The notes under the pieces: model-generated
What the model was told of the DNA's origin: nothing
The model's database searches: none
What the model saw: only the letters and a program-made list of their open reading frames with translations
Translations under genes and position numbers: made by a program
In this document: positions 52,340-63,646 of the stretch, piece by piece
How positions within the stretch are numbered: position 1 is the stretch's first letter
How the letters are laid out: each line of letters opens with the position of its first letter
Origin: Octopus bimaculoides
Lineage: Eukaryota
Direction of reading: 5' to 3'
Assembly (NCBI RefSeq): GCF_001194135.2
Contig: NC_069001.1
Location: 23,957,895-24,021,894, forward strand
Length of the DNA stretch: 64,000 nt

Positions 52340-53495
52340 CACTTATTTAATTTATGTATGTATGTACGTAGTTGAAATTTACAGAAAAACAAAAGACAAA
52401 GACTGGTGTATGAACAACGAGCAGGTGTATTAGTTTGATGCTCAGGGAAGTGAGAAAGTCTTTTATGTTTTGAGCCTATGCTCTTCAACAGAAAGAAACA
52501 TGAGGCTATAAACAGAGAGAGAATAAAAAAACTTGTAGATTTAGCGATCAAACTAGGTGACTGGTTTGGGAAAAAATAGGTTTGACAGGAGATGTAGAAA
52601 GGTGTGCATGCATGTGTGTGTAAGTGAGAATGTGTGTGTGTGTGTGGATAGGGGCTAGTGACATTGACGTGTGGATGTGTGTGTGTAAGTGTGTGCCTCT
52701 GTAATGTGTGGATGATGGTATGTGGGTGTGCAGATGATGGTGTGTGGTGTGGCTGGGAAGTGGTCAGTGCTAGTATGTGTGGGGTGGTGCAGGTTGGTGA
52801 GACGTGGTATGGTGGGTGTGGGGTGGAATTGGGTAAGGGTGGGGTATGCACGAGTGGGTATATCTGGGGGCGGGAGGTGTGCGGAGGGGATATCAAAGAA
52901 GAGAGAAGGTGTGTAGGAGTGAAGCGAGAAAGTAGGTCTCAGAGGAAGAGAATTAAAGAGACGTGGGTAGGAGTGAAGAGAGGAAGTAGGTGTCAGATGA
53001 AGAGAGGAGGGGAGTTGAGCCCATGTGGTGCAAAGAGGTGAATAGAGGAGATTAATTCCTGCCCGTGGTGAAGGCGGAAATCCGGATGGCCCCAGTGCAA
53101 AGACAATCCGAACACAGACAGGTGTTGTAGTGAATGACCTGAGTCTGATGTCTCAGAGGTGCTCCATGAACTGGTCAGCCAAGCGGTGTCCCGTTTGACT
53201 GATGTACAGAGAAGAGCAGAAAGAGCAGGAGATGCAGTAAATGACATTGCTAGAAGTGCAGGTAAAGGAATCAGTGATATAATAGGGACGATGATGGGTG
53301 CCTGTGAGGATGGTGGTGTTGAAGAGGTAGGGGCAAGTGTGACAGTGTGGGTGGAAGCAGGGGAATGAGCCTGGTTGGGATGTGGGGTTAGGGAAGAAAC
53401 TGTGAACCAGAAGGTCATGCAGGTTGTGGGCTCATTTGAAGGAAGGAAGGGGTAGGTTGGGGATGTGTGAGGCAGAGGGGTTGGATTGGAGTCAC
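52340..53495 (-). mobile_element. Penelope-like element (Neptune-like): linker, GIY-YIG, 3' UTR and decayed HHR
   Basis: HNLHDLLVHS, PGSFPCFHPHCHTCP, FTCTSSNVIYCISCSFCSSLYISQTGHRLADQFMEHL, then EQELI...FAPHGLN ending at 52993. A decayed CUGUUGA-type HHR lies on the same strand at 52459-52496. Confidence 0.9.
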
Positions 53496-54667
53496 CAGAA
53501 GGTTATATACATTATATATACAATTTATATACATATACATATATATATATATATATANNNNNNNNNNNNNNNNNNNNNNNNNNNNNNNNNNNNNNNNNNN
53601 NNNNNNNNNNNNNNNNNNNNNNNNNNNNNNNNNNNNNNNNNNNNNNNNNNNNNNNNNNNNNNNNNNNNNNNNNNNNNNNNNNNNNNNNNNNNNNNNNNNN
53701 NNNNNNNNNNNNNNNNNNNNNNNNNNNNNNNNNNNNNNNNNNNNNNNNNNNNNNNNNNNNNNNNNNNNNNNNNNNNNNNNNNNNNNNNNNNNNNNNNNNN
53801 NNNNNNNNNNNNNNNNNNNNNNNNNNNNNNNNNNNNNNNNNNNNNNNNNNNNNNNNNNNNNNNNNNNNNNNNNNNNNNNNNNNNNNNNNNNNNNNNNNNN
53901 NNNNNNNNNNNNNNNNNNNNNNNNNNNNNNNNNNNNNNNNNNNNNNNNNNNNNNNNNNNNNNNNNNNNNNNNNNNNNNNNNNNNNNNNNNNNNNNNNNNN
54001 NNNNNNNNNNNNNNNNNNNNNNNNNNNNNNNNNNNNNNNNNNNNNNNNNNNNNNNNNNNNNNNNNNNNNNNNNNNNNNNNNNNNNNNNNNNNNNNNNNNN
54101 NNNNNNNNNNNNATATATATATATATATATATATATAAGGCCACCCTGAGCAAAGCCTTGAGAATAGATTTAGTAGACAGAAACTCAAAGAAATCTAATG
54201 CATATACATATGAGTATGTGCTTGCTTTGTTTATGTATATGTATGAACACATATATGTGTATGTATCTGTGTGTATTTGAGTCTCTTTGTTTTGACATTA
54301 TAGGATAGTTATGAATGAGCTTCTCCATCATAAAAGAAGGGTCCCCCATTTCTAGTTTTCCATGAAAATATAATCGGTCATGGGATGATAATTACCATGC
54401 TTGCAAGCAGGTGAAGTTTGGTGACAGGAAGAGCATCCAGCCATAGAAGATCAACCTCAATGAATTATGTCTGACACTGACAAACATGGAAAAGTGAAGA
54501 TTAAAATGATGATGATGATGATGATGATACAAACCTACGTAAATATATACATTTTATGAAGTAAAATGTGTGTACATATATATTTAGATAAGTACATACA
54601 GACACACACACACACACACACACACACACATTCATACATATGTACATACATACAAACATACATACAG

Positions 54668-54857
54668 GTTCTGCAGTGACAACCATGAAGCTGAGACTTA
54701 TTCTCAGCTCATGGCTCACCACTTCATCCTTCATGGATATCCTCTCACCACTGTCCACACAGCCCTTGGCCAGAGCATGTTCCATGGACCATGCCTCTGC
54801 TTTCTCTGCCCGCACCCATCCCACATCACCGTCGCCTGTCTTCCATTTCTCTTCACC
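54668..54857 (+). pseudogene. PLE RT thumb fragment
   Basis: CSDNHEAETYSQLMAHHFILHGYPLTTVHTAL resembles the RICS...F..RGYP thumb motif. Confidence 0.65.
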
Positions 54858-55064
54858 TCAATTAAAGCCATGATTTTGAGGAACCAATTGAGATGGTGTG
54901 GCCATATTGTTCGAATGGCAGATGAACGCATGCCGAAACAGCTGTTTTATGGTGAGCTTGCAGAGGGGAAACGTTATCGGCATAAACCTAAAAAAAGGTT
55001 TAAGGATGGCATAAGGACTGCTATGAAGTCAATTGGAATGGCTCCAAAAGATATAGAAGTCCTC
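54858..55064 (+). pseudogene. RTE LINE RT C-terminal fragment running into an N gap
   Basis: SIKAMILRNQLRWCGHIVRMADERMPKQLFYGELAEGKRYRHKPKKRFKD. Confidence 0.9.
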
Positions 55065-56819
55065 NNNNNNNNNNNNNNNNNNNNNNNNNNNNNNNNNNNN
55101 NNNNNNNNNNNNNNNNNNNNNNNNNNNNNNNNNNNNNNNNNNNNNNNNNNNNNNNNNNNNNNNNNNNNNNNNNNNNNNNNNNNNNNNNNNNNNNNNNNNN
55201 NNNNNNNNNNNNNNNNNNNNNNNNNNNNNNNNNNNNNNNNNNNNNNNNNNNNNNNNNNNNNNNNNNNNNNNNNNNNNNNNNNNNNNNNNNNNNNNNNNNN
55301 NNNNNNNNNNNNNNNNNNNNNNNNNNNNNNNNNNNNNNNNNNNNNNNNNNNNNNNNNNNNNNNNNNNNNNNNNNNNNNNNNNNNNNNNNNNNNNNNNNNN
55401 NNNNNNNNNNNNNNNNNNNNNNNNNNNNNNNNNNNNNNNNNNNNNNNNNNNNNNNNNNNNNNNNNNNNNNNNNNNNNNNNNNNNNNNNNNNNNNNNNNNN
55501 NNNNNNNNNNNNNNNNNNNNNNNNNNNNNNNNNNNNNNNNNNNNNNNNNNNNNNNNNNNNNNNNNNNNNNNNNNNNNNNNNNNNNNNNNNNNNNNNNNNN
55601 NNNNNNNNNNNNNNNNNNNNNNNNNNNNNNNNNNNNNNNNNNNNNNNNNNNNNNNNNNNNNNNNNNNNNNNNNNNNNNNNNNNNNNNNNNNNNNNNNNNN
55701 NNNNNNNNNNNNNNNNNNNNNNNNNNNNNNNNNNNNNNNNNNNNNNNNNNNNNNNNNNNNNNNNNNNNNNNNNNNNNNNNNNNNNNNNNNNNNNNNNNNN
55801 NNNNNNNNNNNNNNNNNNNNNNNNNNNNNNNNNNNNNNNNNNNNNNNNNNNNNNNNNNNNNNNNNNNNNNNNNNNNNNNNNNNNNNNNNNNNNNNNNNNN
55901 NNNNNNNNNNNNNNNNNNNNNNNNNNNNNNNNNNNNNNNNNNNNNNNNNNNNNNNNNNNNNTATATATAATGTGCATCTCGATTATAAAATTTTCATATA
56001 ATTAACTATATTCTCATCTTATATATACTATGCCAACAGTCCGGATACTTATTGATCAGACAATATACATATACATATTGTGTGTATGTATGTATATATG
56101 TATGTATGAATGCATGCATGAATGTAGCTATGTTTGTATGTGTAGTCAGTTGAATTTCTCTTCCCTGTTAAACAAACAAAATGAGGAGTAGAACAACCAA
56201 ACAACATAGCTTCCCCACATTTAAAACTAAATCACAGAAACACATTTGTATAAGATATTCTTCGATTCTTTAGCAAAAGGTATATACTAGAATGCGGTCA
56301 CCTCTATTGATTTTTCCTGTAAGTGATAAATTCTGTTCTGTCAGATGGACTGTCACAAGGTAAATAATGAAATAATAGATGGTCCCATTCTATGATACTA
56401 AAACATCTATCATTCCGACACAGTGTTTGATCCATTGGTTAATTCTGTGACATATCTGCACGGAAATAACTAAGAGAAGTATTTGCATTTCCATCGACAT
56501 GATTTTTATGGACGTTACCATTATTTCTGTTGCTACAGAGTAATGGCTTTAAGAATTTGCATCAGACTGTCTTGTCTCTGTATACTCTGAGGTTTTGAGT
56601 TCAAATCTCTGTTATAGTCAAACTTTATTTCGTTTCTTTAGAGAACGCATCAGAACGTGCAAGATGTCTTTGTTGTTGTTGCTGTTGCTTTTATTGTTGT
56701 TGTTGTTGTTGTGTGTTATTGCTGTTACTGTTGATATTTTTGTTGCTGCTGTTGTTGTTATTGTTGTTCTTGTTGTTGCTGCTGCTGCTGCTGTTGTCGT
56801 TGTTGTTGTTGTTGATAAT

Positions 56820-57178
56820 ACATTCCATATCTACATTATTTACATTTTTGACGGATATTTGTCCTCATCTTGTTTGTTGTTAACACAACATTTCGGCTGA
56901 TATACCCTCCAGGCTTCATCAGGTGCCTTGGGGGAAATTTCAAACCTGGATTCTCATTCCTAACGTATTTTTCGATGTTATTATTATTATTATCATTATT
57001 ATTATTATTATTGTTTTATGTTTGACTTTTGTTTTGCATTTGTACAAGTTGGATCCAAGTCTCACCCAGAGACCTCAAGAGACAACAAGTTAGAAGTTCA
57101 TGTAGGTGTTATGCCAAGGGTACCATATATTTGGATTTGTACAGTTTTGTTCTAGTGAATGTTTAAGAATTATTATTG

Positions 57179-57231
<53 letters not shown>

Positions 57232-57465
57232 GTTATTATTATTCAGGTCACTGCCTGGGATCAAACTCAGAATCTTGAGCTACTAACCCCAAGATTCTGA
57301 GTTCGATTCTAGGCAGTGACCTGAATGATAATAATAATAATAATCATAATAATAATAATAACATTGAAAAATACGATAGGAAGGAGAACCCAGGTTCAAA
57401 ATTTTGAGACGTTCTGTTAACAACAAACAAGACGAGGACAAATATCGGCCAAATGTAAATAATGT
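56820..57465. repeat. Nested foldback element with one HHR-bearing arm and an inner 36-bp hairpin
   Basis: 56820-56985 is inverted at ~57350-57465, where the HHR segment is deleted. Inner hairpin TTCAGGTCACTGCCT...CTTG / CAAG...AGGCAGTGACCTGAA at ~57242-57327. Confidence 0.8.
56883..56926 (-). ncRNA. Minimal type I hammerhead, decayed
   Basis: Minus strand: GCAC-CUGAUGA-AGCCUG(GAGGGUAUAU)CAGCC-GAAA-UG-UU-GUGU. Confidence 0.55.
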
Positions 57466-58169
57466 TGTTGTTGTTGTCACTGCTGCTTGTTAGTGTTGTT
57501 GCTGATGTTCTTTTTGATGTTGCTGTTGTTTACATTGTCTCCACTGCAGCTAAACACTGACCGAACAGAGTTTGAAAGTAATACAACCAGAGAACAAGCT
57601 TCTCATAGAGTTCCTCCTTGCTGGACTGGTGAAAGGATTAAGACCAGACCAATATGAACCACCCCTTCCCAGAGGTAAAAATGGGTCTGCATTAGACCAA
57701 CATCTCTTCTGAGAAAAAAAGCAAGGCTACAGAAGAATTGATGACAAGACTTAGGAGAGGTAGCCTATATNNNNNNNNNNNNNNNNNNNNNNNNNNNNNN
57801 NNNNNNNNNNNNNNNNNNNNNNNNNNNNNNNNNNNNNNNNNNNNNNNNNNNNNNNNNNNNNNNNNNNNNNNNNNNNNNNNNNNNNNNNNNNNNNNNNNNN
57901 NNNNNNNNNNNNNNNNNNNNNNNNNNNNNNNNNNNNTCTATGTCAACATTTCTGTGCCCAAACTTATCCAGTGACTGGTCCATTGGATTTCCGACATTTG
58001 GCACTTCTTCAGGAATGGCTACCATCAGAACAAATTACAAAAAAACACATACATAACGATTATAATAAATTATTAAATTATTAAAATTTCTTTTACGTCC
58101 ACCATTATTTTTCCGTTATATATATATATATATATATGATGTATGGGTGGCCAAATGGTTAGTTGATCC

Positions 58170-58420
58170 AAGTTTCATCATCATCATCATTTAATGTCTG
58201 CTTACCATGCATGCATGGGTTGGACAGTTTGACTGAGGTTGAAGAGCCAGAAGACTGCACCAGGCTTCCCTGTCTGTTTTGGCATGGCTTTTATGGCCGG
58301 GTGCCCTTCTTAATGCCACCTACCTTACAAAGTGGACTGAGTGCATTTTACATGGCACAGCACCAGTGAGGTCTGTTATGACATGGTTTTTATGGTAGGA
58401 TTCCAACCACTTCACAGAGT
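58170..58420 (-). mobile_element. RTE LINE 3' UTR fragment
   Basis: (CAT)n plus CATGCATGGGTTGGACAG family start. Confidence 0.7.
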
Positions 58421-58699
58421 AGCCTGGATGCTTTTTAAAGCCAATGTTTTTACAATGGCTCCATGTTGACCCAAACCACATGATTTAAACTGAAAAAATG
58501 AAAACTATAAGGAAGAGCTGAATATGTAGTTCAAAAGGCCAGCTTTGATACACAATATGTTATTCTGTTTCTAGGTGAGGATTGCATTCAGAGTACAAGG
58601 ATCCGTGGAGTACTTAACTACTTACTTTATAATTACATGATTAGGCAGTTCAGTTGATTAATCAAAGAACAATTCTATTTACTTTATTAATCTCAGCAC

Positions 58700-59025
58700 A
58701 TATATTAAATAGGAGCACTCCATCGGTTATGATGACAAGGGTCCCAGCAGATACAATCAATGAAACAGCCTGCTCTTGAAATTTACGTGCAAGTGGCTGA
58801 GCACTCCACAGACATGTGTACCTTTAATGTAGTTCTCAGGGAGATTCAGTATGACACAGAGTGTGACAAAGTTGGCCCTTTGAAATACAGGAACTACTTA
58901 TTTTTGCTGGCTGAGTGGACTGGAGTAACATGAAATAAAGTGTCTTGCTCAAGGACACGGGAAATTGAACTCACAACCTTATGATCATGAACCGAATGCA
59001 ATAACCATTAAGCCATATACCTTCA
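58700..59025 (-). mobile_element. SINE family C, older copy
   Basis: Homologous to 24169-24543. Confidence 0.8.
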
Positions 59026-59439
59026 TATATTAAATACACCTAATGTATATTATGTTACAAAAAGCCAAAATAACCTGAAAAAAGTCCCCTGCAAAATTGG
59101 GGTTTGTGTTTTCTTATATACCAGGTATAACATGTGAACCCTAGATCCTGTAGTTTATTGTAAGTTAATGGCATGGTTGATATTTTTAGAGAAGCCTAAG
59201 ACCTATATTGATTGGTGGTCACTCTCTTCAATTTCGTTGTATGAGTGTTTAAAGGAGAAAATCTTAGAAAGTAAGTTTAAAAATAAAAGAAGCCACATCT
59301 ATTTAATTAGCAAAGAATAAACTTTGTGGGTCAGTAAGGACAAATTATCTCCCTTTGACCAGTTCAGTTGGTTGTCCATTTGGGCTAAAGTGATGAATAG
59401 GGAACCTCTGCCCTTAGGTTGCTTTCAACCCATAAAAAC

Positions 59440-60145
59440 TTTTTCGTGTTCTAATTGACGATTGGTGAATCCCAGCTTGCAACAGGTAGCGTTTGAAATG
59501 GGGTCAGGAGCTATAAATCTCATGTTGGGCATTTAATACTAATGCAGGATACCAAGAGTCTTTGATGATACTTGCTTTCCCTGCTATACAAATCTTGCAG
59601 TGTCTGCACCCATCTGACACCCAGAAATACGAATGACAGCAGCCACGACACCATTGGTGACAGCAGCAGCAACACCAGCAATATGGCCAGGGGTGACTTC
59701 CACAATGATAACAACCACAGTGATATTGCCAGACCAATGCTCTGTAATAACAATACTGATAACAGCTCCAATAACAGCAGTGGCAACAACAACTCAGGCT
59801 TGGAACCAACAGAAGAGGCACCAGAATTGTGAACACAGCCAGCACCCAAGTTCAGAGATATACTTGGTCAACCAGAACTGCCTTAAAGTGGTGCCTGTAC
59901 AACCGTAGGTCCTCTTTTAGGATTCTGGAAAGCTGATTCATCACATCCCTGGCAAGCCACGTGGAAGATTACAGAGTGGCTAGGGTCTTATATCAATGGG
60001 AGTAGATGCTGTAAGCTCTGCGTAGCAGAGCAAGCAAGGATCACCAAAGACTCCCTCAGTCCAGTGTTAGTATTAAATTCCCTACTCCCATTTTACACAC
60101 TACCAGCTGCAAGCATGGAATTTCCCATTCAGCAATAAAATGAAA
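59440..60145 (+). pseudogene. Decayed PLE GIY-YIG with N/S-rich linker
   Basis: ALKWCLYNRRSSFR, WKITEWLGSYINGSRCCKLCVAEQARI and terminal CKHG match the C-terminal layout of the copies at 32040 and 61473. Confidence 0.55.
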
Positions 60146-60540
60146 GCCCGCCTCTTACATAGATATATAAGTGTGAACAATTCTATATACTATGCTGGAT
60201 ACATGTGGTGTTCATTTGGTATGTTGAATTTTTGTTCATTTTTATGTGCCTTGATTATGCTTGCACTTATTTGTGCACTAATTATAAGATCATATGTTCT
60301 GCAGCTGAATCTGTTTTTAAAAGCTCACTTTGAGAGTTGCATTCCCTCACGTTCGGTACAATGTGCTTATAATGGTAGTTTTGACTTTAAGAGTCCCTCC
60401 TAGTGTGAGGCATTTATGTATAGAAATGCCCTTAATATGAATAAATATATTTAAATGGAATAATTAATAAATTTTTCCGTTATGAGGTTTTCACGCTAAC
60501 TACTTGATAAATTCTTATAAAGATTTTATCCTATTTTCAA

Positions 60541-60571
<31 letters not shown>

Positions 60572-61472
60572 GTCATTGTATATATATATATATATATAAA
60601 ATTTCTTTCCTTATTCCTAAATCTATTAAATGTGATAGTAACAATAATGATAATAATACTAATAATGATAATCTAATTATCCTAAATAATGTTACCAATA
60701 ATAAAAATTTAATTAACGTAAATAATGATAAGAAAAGACCTACTAATAATAACCTATCCTGCTCAAACAAGAGGAATAAAAATGTAATACAACCTGATAA
60801 ATGCCTACACAACCATATTAACGCCAATAAANNNNNNNNNNNNNNNNNNNNNNNNNNNNNNNNNNNNNNNNNNNNNNNNNNNNNNNNNNNNNNNNNNNNN
60901 NNNNNNNNNNNNNNNNNNNNNNNNNNNNNNNNNNNNNNNNNNNNNNNNNNNNNNNNNNNNNNNNNNNNNNNNNNNNNNNNNNNNNNNNNNNNNNNNNNNN
61001 NNNNNNNNNNNNNNNNNNNNNNNNNNNNNNNNNNNNNNNNNNNNNNNNNNNNNNNNNNNNNNNNNNNNNNNNNNNNNNNNNNNNNNNNNNNNNNNNNNNN
61101 NNNNNNNNNNNNNNNNNNNNNNNNNNNNNNNNNNNNNNNNNNNNNNNNNNNNNNNNNNNNNNNNNNNNNNNNNNNNNNNNNNNNNNNNNNNNNNNNNNNN
61201 NNNNNNNNNNNNNNNNNNNNNNNNNNNNNNNNNNNNNNNNNNNNNNNNNNNNNNNNNNNNNNNNNNNNNNNNNNNNNNNNNNNNNNNNNNNNNNNNNNNN
61301 NNNNNNNNNNNNNNNNNNNNNNNNNNNNNNNNNNNNNNNNNNNNNNNNNNNNNNNNNNNNNNNNNNNNNNNNNNNNNNNNNNNNNNNNNNNNNNNAATAA
61401 TACAACCAACAATATTGATGTAAATAATTTAGATACTTGTATCAATAATCAACATAGCAATATATATATATA

Positions 61473-61901
61473 GCTAATAAGCCCCTTAATTGCAATTGCA
61501 GAATTAAAGCCCACTGTCCGGTATCTGGCCGTTGTTTAACCCGTAATGTAGTCTATAAATGTACATTAACTACTCCAACTAATAATTACATTTATGTTGG
61601 TTGCACAATCAACCTTAAACAACGATTATATAACCATTTTTCTTCATTTAGACTTAAACATAAAGCCAATAGCACATCATTATCTAATAAAATTTGGGAA
61701 TTGAAGGAAAATAGTACTGATTTTAATCTTAAATGGGAAATCATCAGGAGAGCACAACCTGTGGACTATAGACTATGCTCTATGGAAATTTACGAAATTT
61801 TTAAACTTAAGGATAACCCTAATCTAATTAACAATAGATCTGACCATAGGGTTATATGTGTGCATTGTTACTCCCCAACCTTTAAATATTTTAAAAAGTA
61901 A
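61473..61901 (+). CDS. Open GIY-YIG endonuclease reading frame of a PLE (no ATG; frame broken upstream at a (TA)n)
   Basis: ANKPLNCNCRIKAHCPVSGRCLTRNVVYKCTLTTPTNNYIYVGCTINLKQRLYNHFSSFR...STSLSNKIWELKE...KWEIIRRAQP...LINNRSDHRVICVH...*. The VY/YVG/R motifs are present. Confidence 0.9.
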   Translation, partial: ANKPLNCNCRIKAHCPVSGRCLTRNVVYKCTLTTPTNNYIYVGCTINLKQRLYNHFSSFRLKHKANSTSLSNKIWELKENSTDFNLKWEIIRRAQPVDYRLCSMEIYEIFKLKDNPNLINNRSDHRVICVHCYSPTFKYFKK

Positions 61902-62676
61902 ATATTCTTTAAAAAGTAAATCTTACTAAATTTTTTAATTTAGTTTCTCTCATTTCCCTGACTAATAACTATTTTATTTGAGGTTTGACTTTTAATATAT
62001 ACTTAGAATACATTTTAACCTTTCCCAACCCACTGATAGTAGTCCTACATTTTCTCTAAGTTATTCTGAGTCTTTTTCGAAAACCTTAGCTTTATTTCTC
62101 TTAATTTAATCCTGTTTTTCTAACTCTATTCCTCTCCCTTTTTTTTTCTTCTTCCCTCTTCCCCACTTTCTTTCTGTTTGGATTTTGGCCATTAATATTA
62201 TAGTTTTACCCATAAATAATACCACCCCACATTAATTTATATCTTATTTTAACTGGATATGTTTATCTTGTTCTAATTATTATTGTTCCCTATAGTTTTG
62301 AACTTAGTAGTTCAGTGCTTCATTGTATTATTCTATTTATACTGTAGAATAGATATATTTCTTTAATAACTTGACCATAATTCCCTTACCTTAAATTTTT
62401 TCCAAATTCTTACCACTCCTTAGGGTATTGGCCTTCCATTTCCTTTTTTTTTTTTTTTTTCTTTCTCTCATACTTGATTTACCCCTAACCTGCTGTCCAC
62501 CACTACTTAACCTGCTTTCCTCTAAATTTGAAATTACTAGTATCCCTCCAATTAGATTTTAAATTCTTGTTTGATTCACTTGTCTGTGAAACAGCAGCAT
62601 AGTTGAGATGTGTTTTCTTCTCTTACTCTTGTTTTTTACAAACATCTTCAAAATGACTTTCTAAAATGAAATTCCT

Positions 62677-62771
62677 TTATGCAGCTGAGGAGTACATTTT
62701 CATTGTATTTTCTGTAGTGTTCTCACTACATGAATAAATGGAGCTTGTACGAAACGTACGTACTGCTATAA
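62677..62771 (+). ncRNA. Type I hammerhead ribozyme, apparently intact, with extended stem II
   Basis: UUAUGCAG-CUGAGGA-GUACA[...UGUAGUG(UUCU)CACUACA...]UGUAC-GAAA-CGUACG-UA-CUGC(U)AUAA. All core nucleotides are canonical. Predicted cleavage after A62762 (GUA). Confidence 0.85.
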
Positions 62772-63310
62772 CCTATTGAATTTTTGNNNNNNNNNNNNNN
62801 NNNNNNNNNNNNNNNNNNNNNNNNNNNNNNNNNNNNNNNNNNNNNNNNNNNNNNNNNNNNNNNNNNNNNNNNNNNNNNNNNNNNNNNNNNNNNNNNNNNN
62901 NNNNNNNNNNNNNNNNNNNNNNNNNNNNNNNNNNNNNNNNNNNNNNNNNNNNNNNNNNNNNNNNNNNNNNNNNNNNNNNNNNNNNNNNNNNNNNNNNNNN
63001 NNNNNNNNNNNNNNNNNNNNNNNNNNNNNNNNNNNNNNNNNNNNNNNNNNNNNNNNNNNNNNNNNNNNNNNNNNNNNNNNNNNNNNNNNNNNNNNNNNNN
63101 NNNNNNNNNNNNNNNNNNNNNNNNNNNNNNNNNNNNNNNNNNNNNNNNNNNNNNNNNNNNNNNNNNNNNNNNNNNNNNNNNNNNNNNNNNNNNNNNNNNN
63201 NNNNNNNNNNNNNNNNNNNNNNNNNNNNNNNNNNNNNNNNNNNNNNNNNNNNNNNNNNNNNNNNNNNGTGTATGTATGTCTGTGTGTGTGTGCATATGTA
63301 TATATGTATG

Positions 63311-63463
63311 TGGGAGAATATACAAAAAATAACAACAGACGAGGACAGGTGGTGTAAATAACAAAAGTATATATTAATATGACGCTCGGGAATACGGAAA
63401 GTCTTTGACGTTTCGAGCTATGCTCTTCAACAGAAAGAATACGGAGACAAGGAGAAAAACACG
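63311..63463 (-). mobile_element. PLE-type 3' end fragment with CUGUUGA hammerhead variant (63402-63438)
   Basis: Three substitutions in 153 nt relative to 12692-12844. Confidence 0.85.
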
Positions 63464-63646
63464 GAGAAAAAAAAAAAAAAATTGATATGTATGTATGTGT
63501 GTGAATGTATATATGTATGTGTGTGTTTGCATGTATGTATGTATTCTGCATATTCCTGTGTTTGTGTGTTTTTTTTATGTATGTGTGTGCATGTGTGTAT
63601 ATGTATGTACCTCTTGCTAAATTGAAAGCATATTTTAATATAGATG

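Larger units (their letters stand above)
60600..62786 (+). mobile_element. Penelope-like element 3' part: Asn-rich linker, GIY-YIG, pyrimidine-rich 3' UTR, HHR
   Basis: See the component features; partly hidden by the N gap at 60832-61395. Confidence 0.85.

Noticed and set aside
56345-56359. Candidate 15-nt micro-exon (cag|ATGGACTGTCACAAG|gtaaat); similar 21-nt candidate near 16062
   Set aside because: Splice-like motifs of this quality are expected by chance in 64 kb, and no flanking exons or homology support them.
59504-59845. Cys/Tyr/Trp-rich 113-aa ORF with a hydrophobic start, resembling a secreted peptide
   Set aside because: It is the antisense of an AAC/AGC-rich tract that leads into PLE endonuclease motifs; the Cys richness follows from TGT/TGC on the complement.
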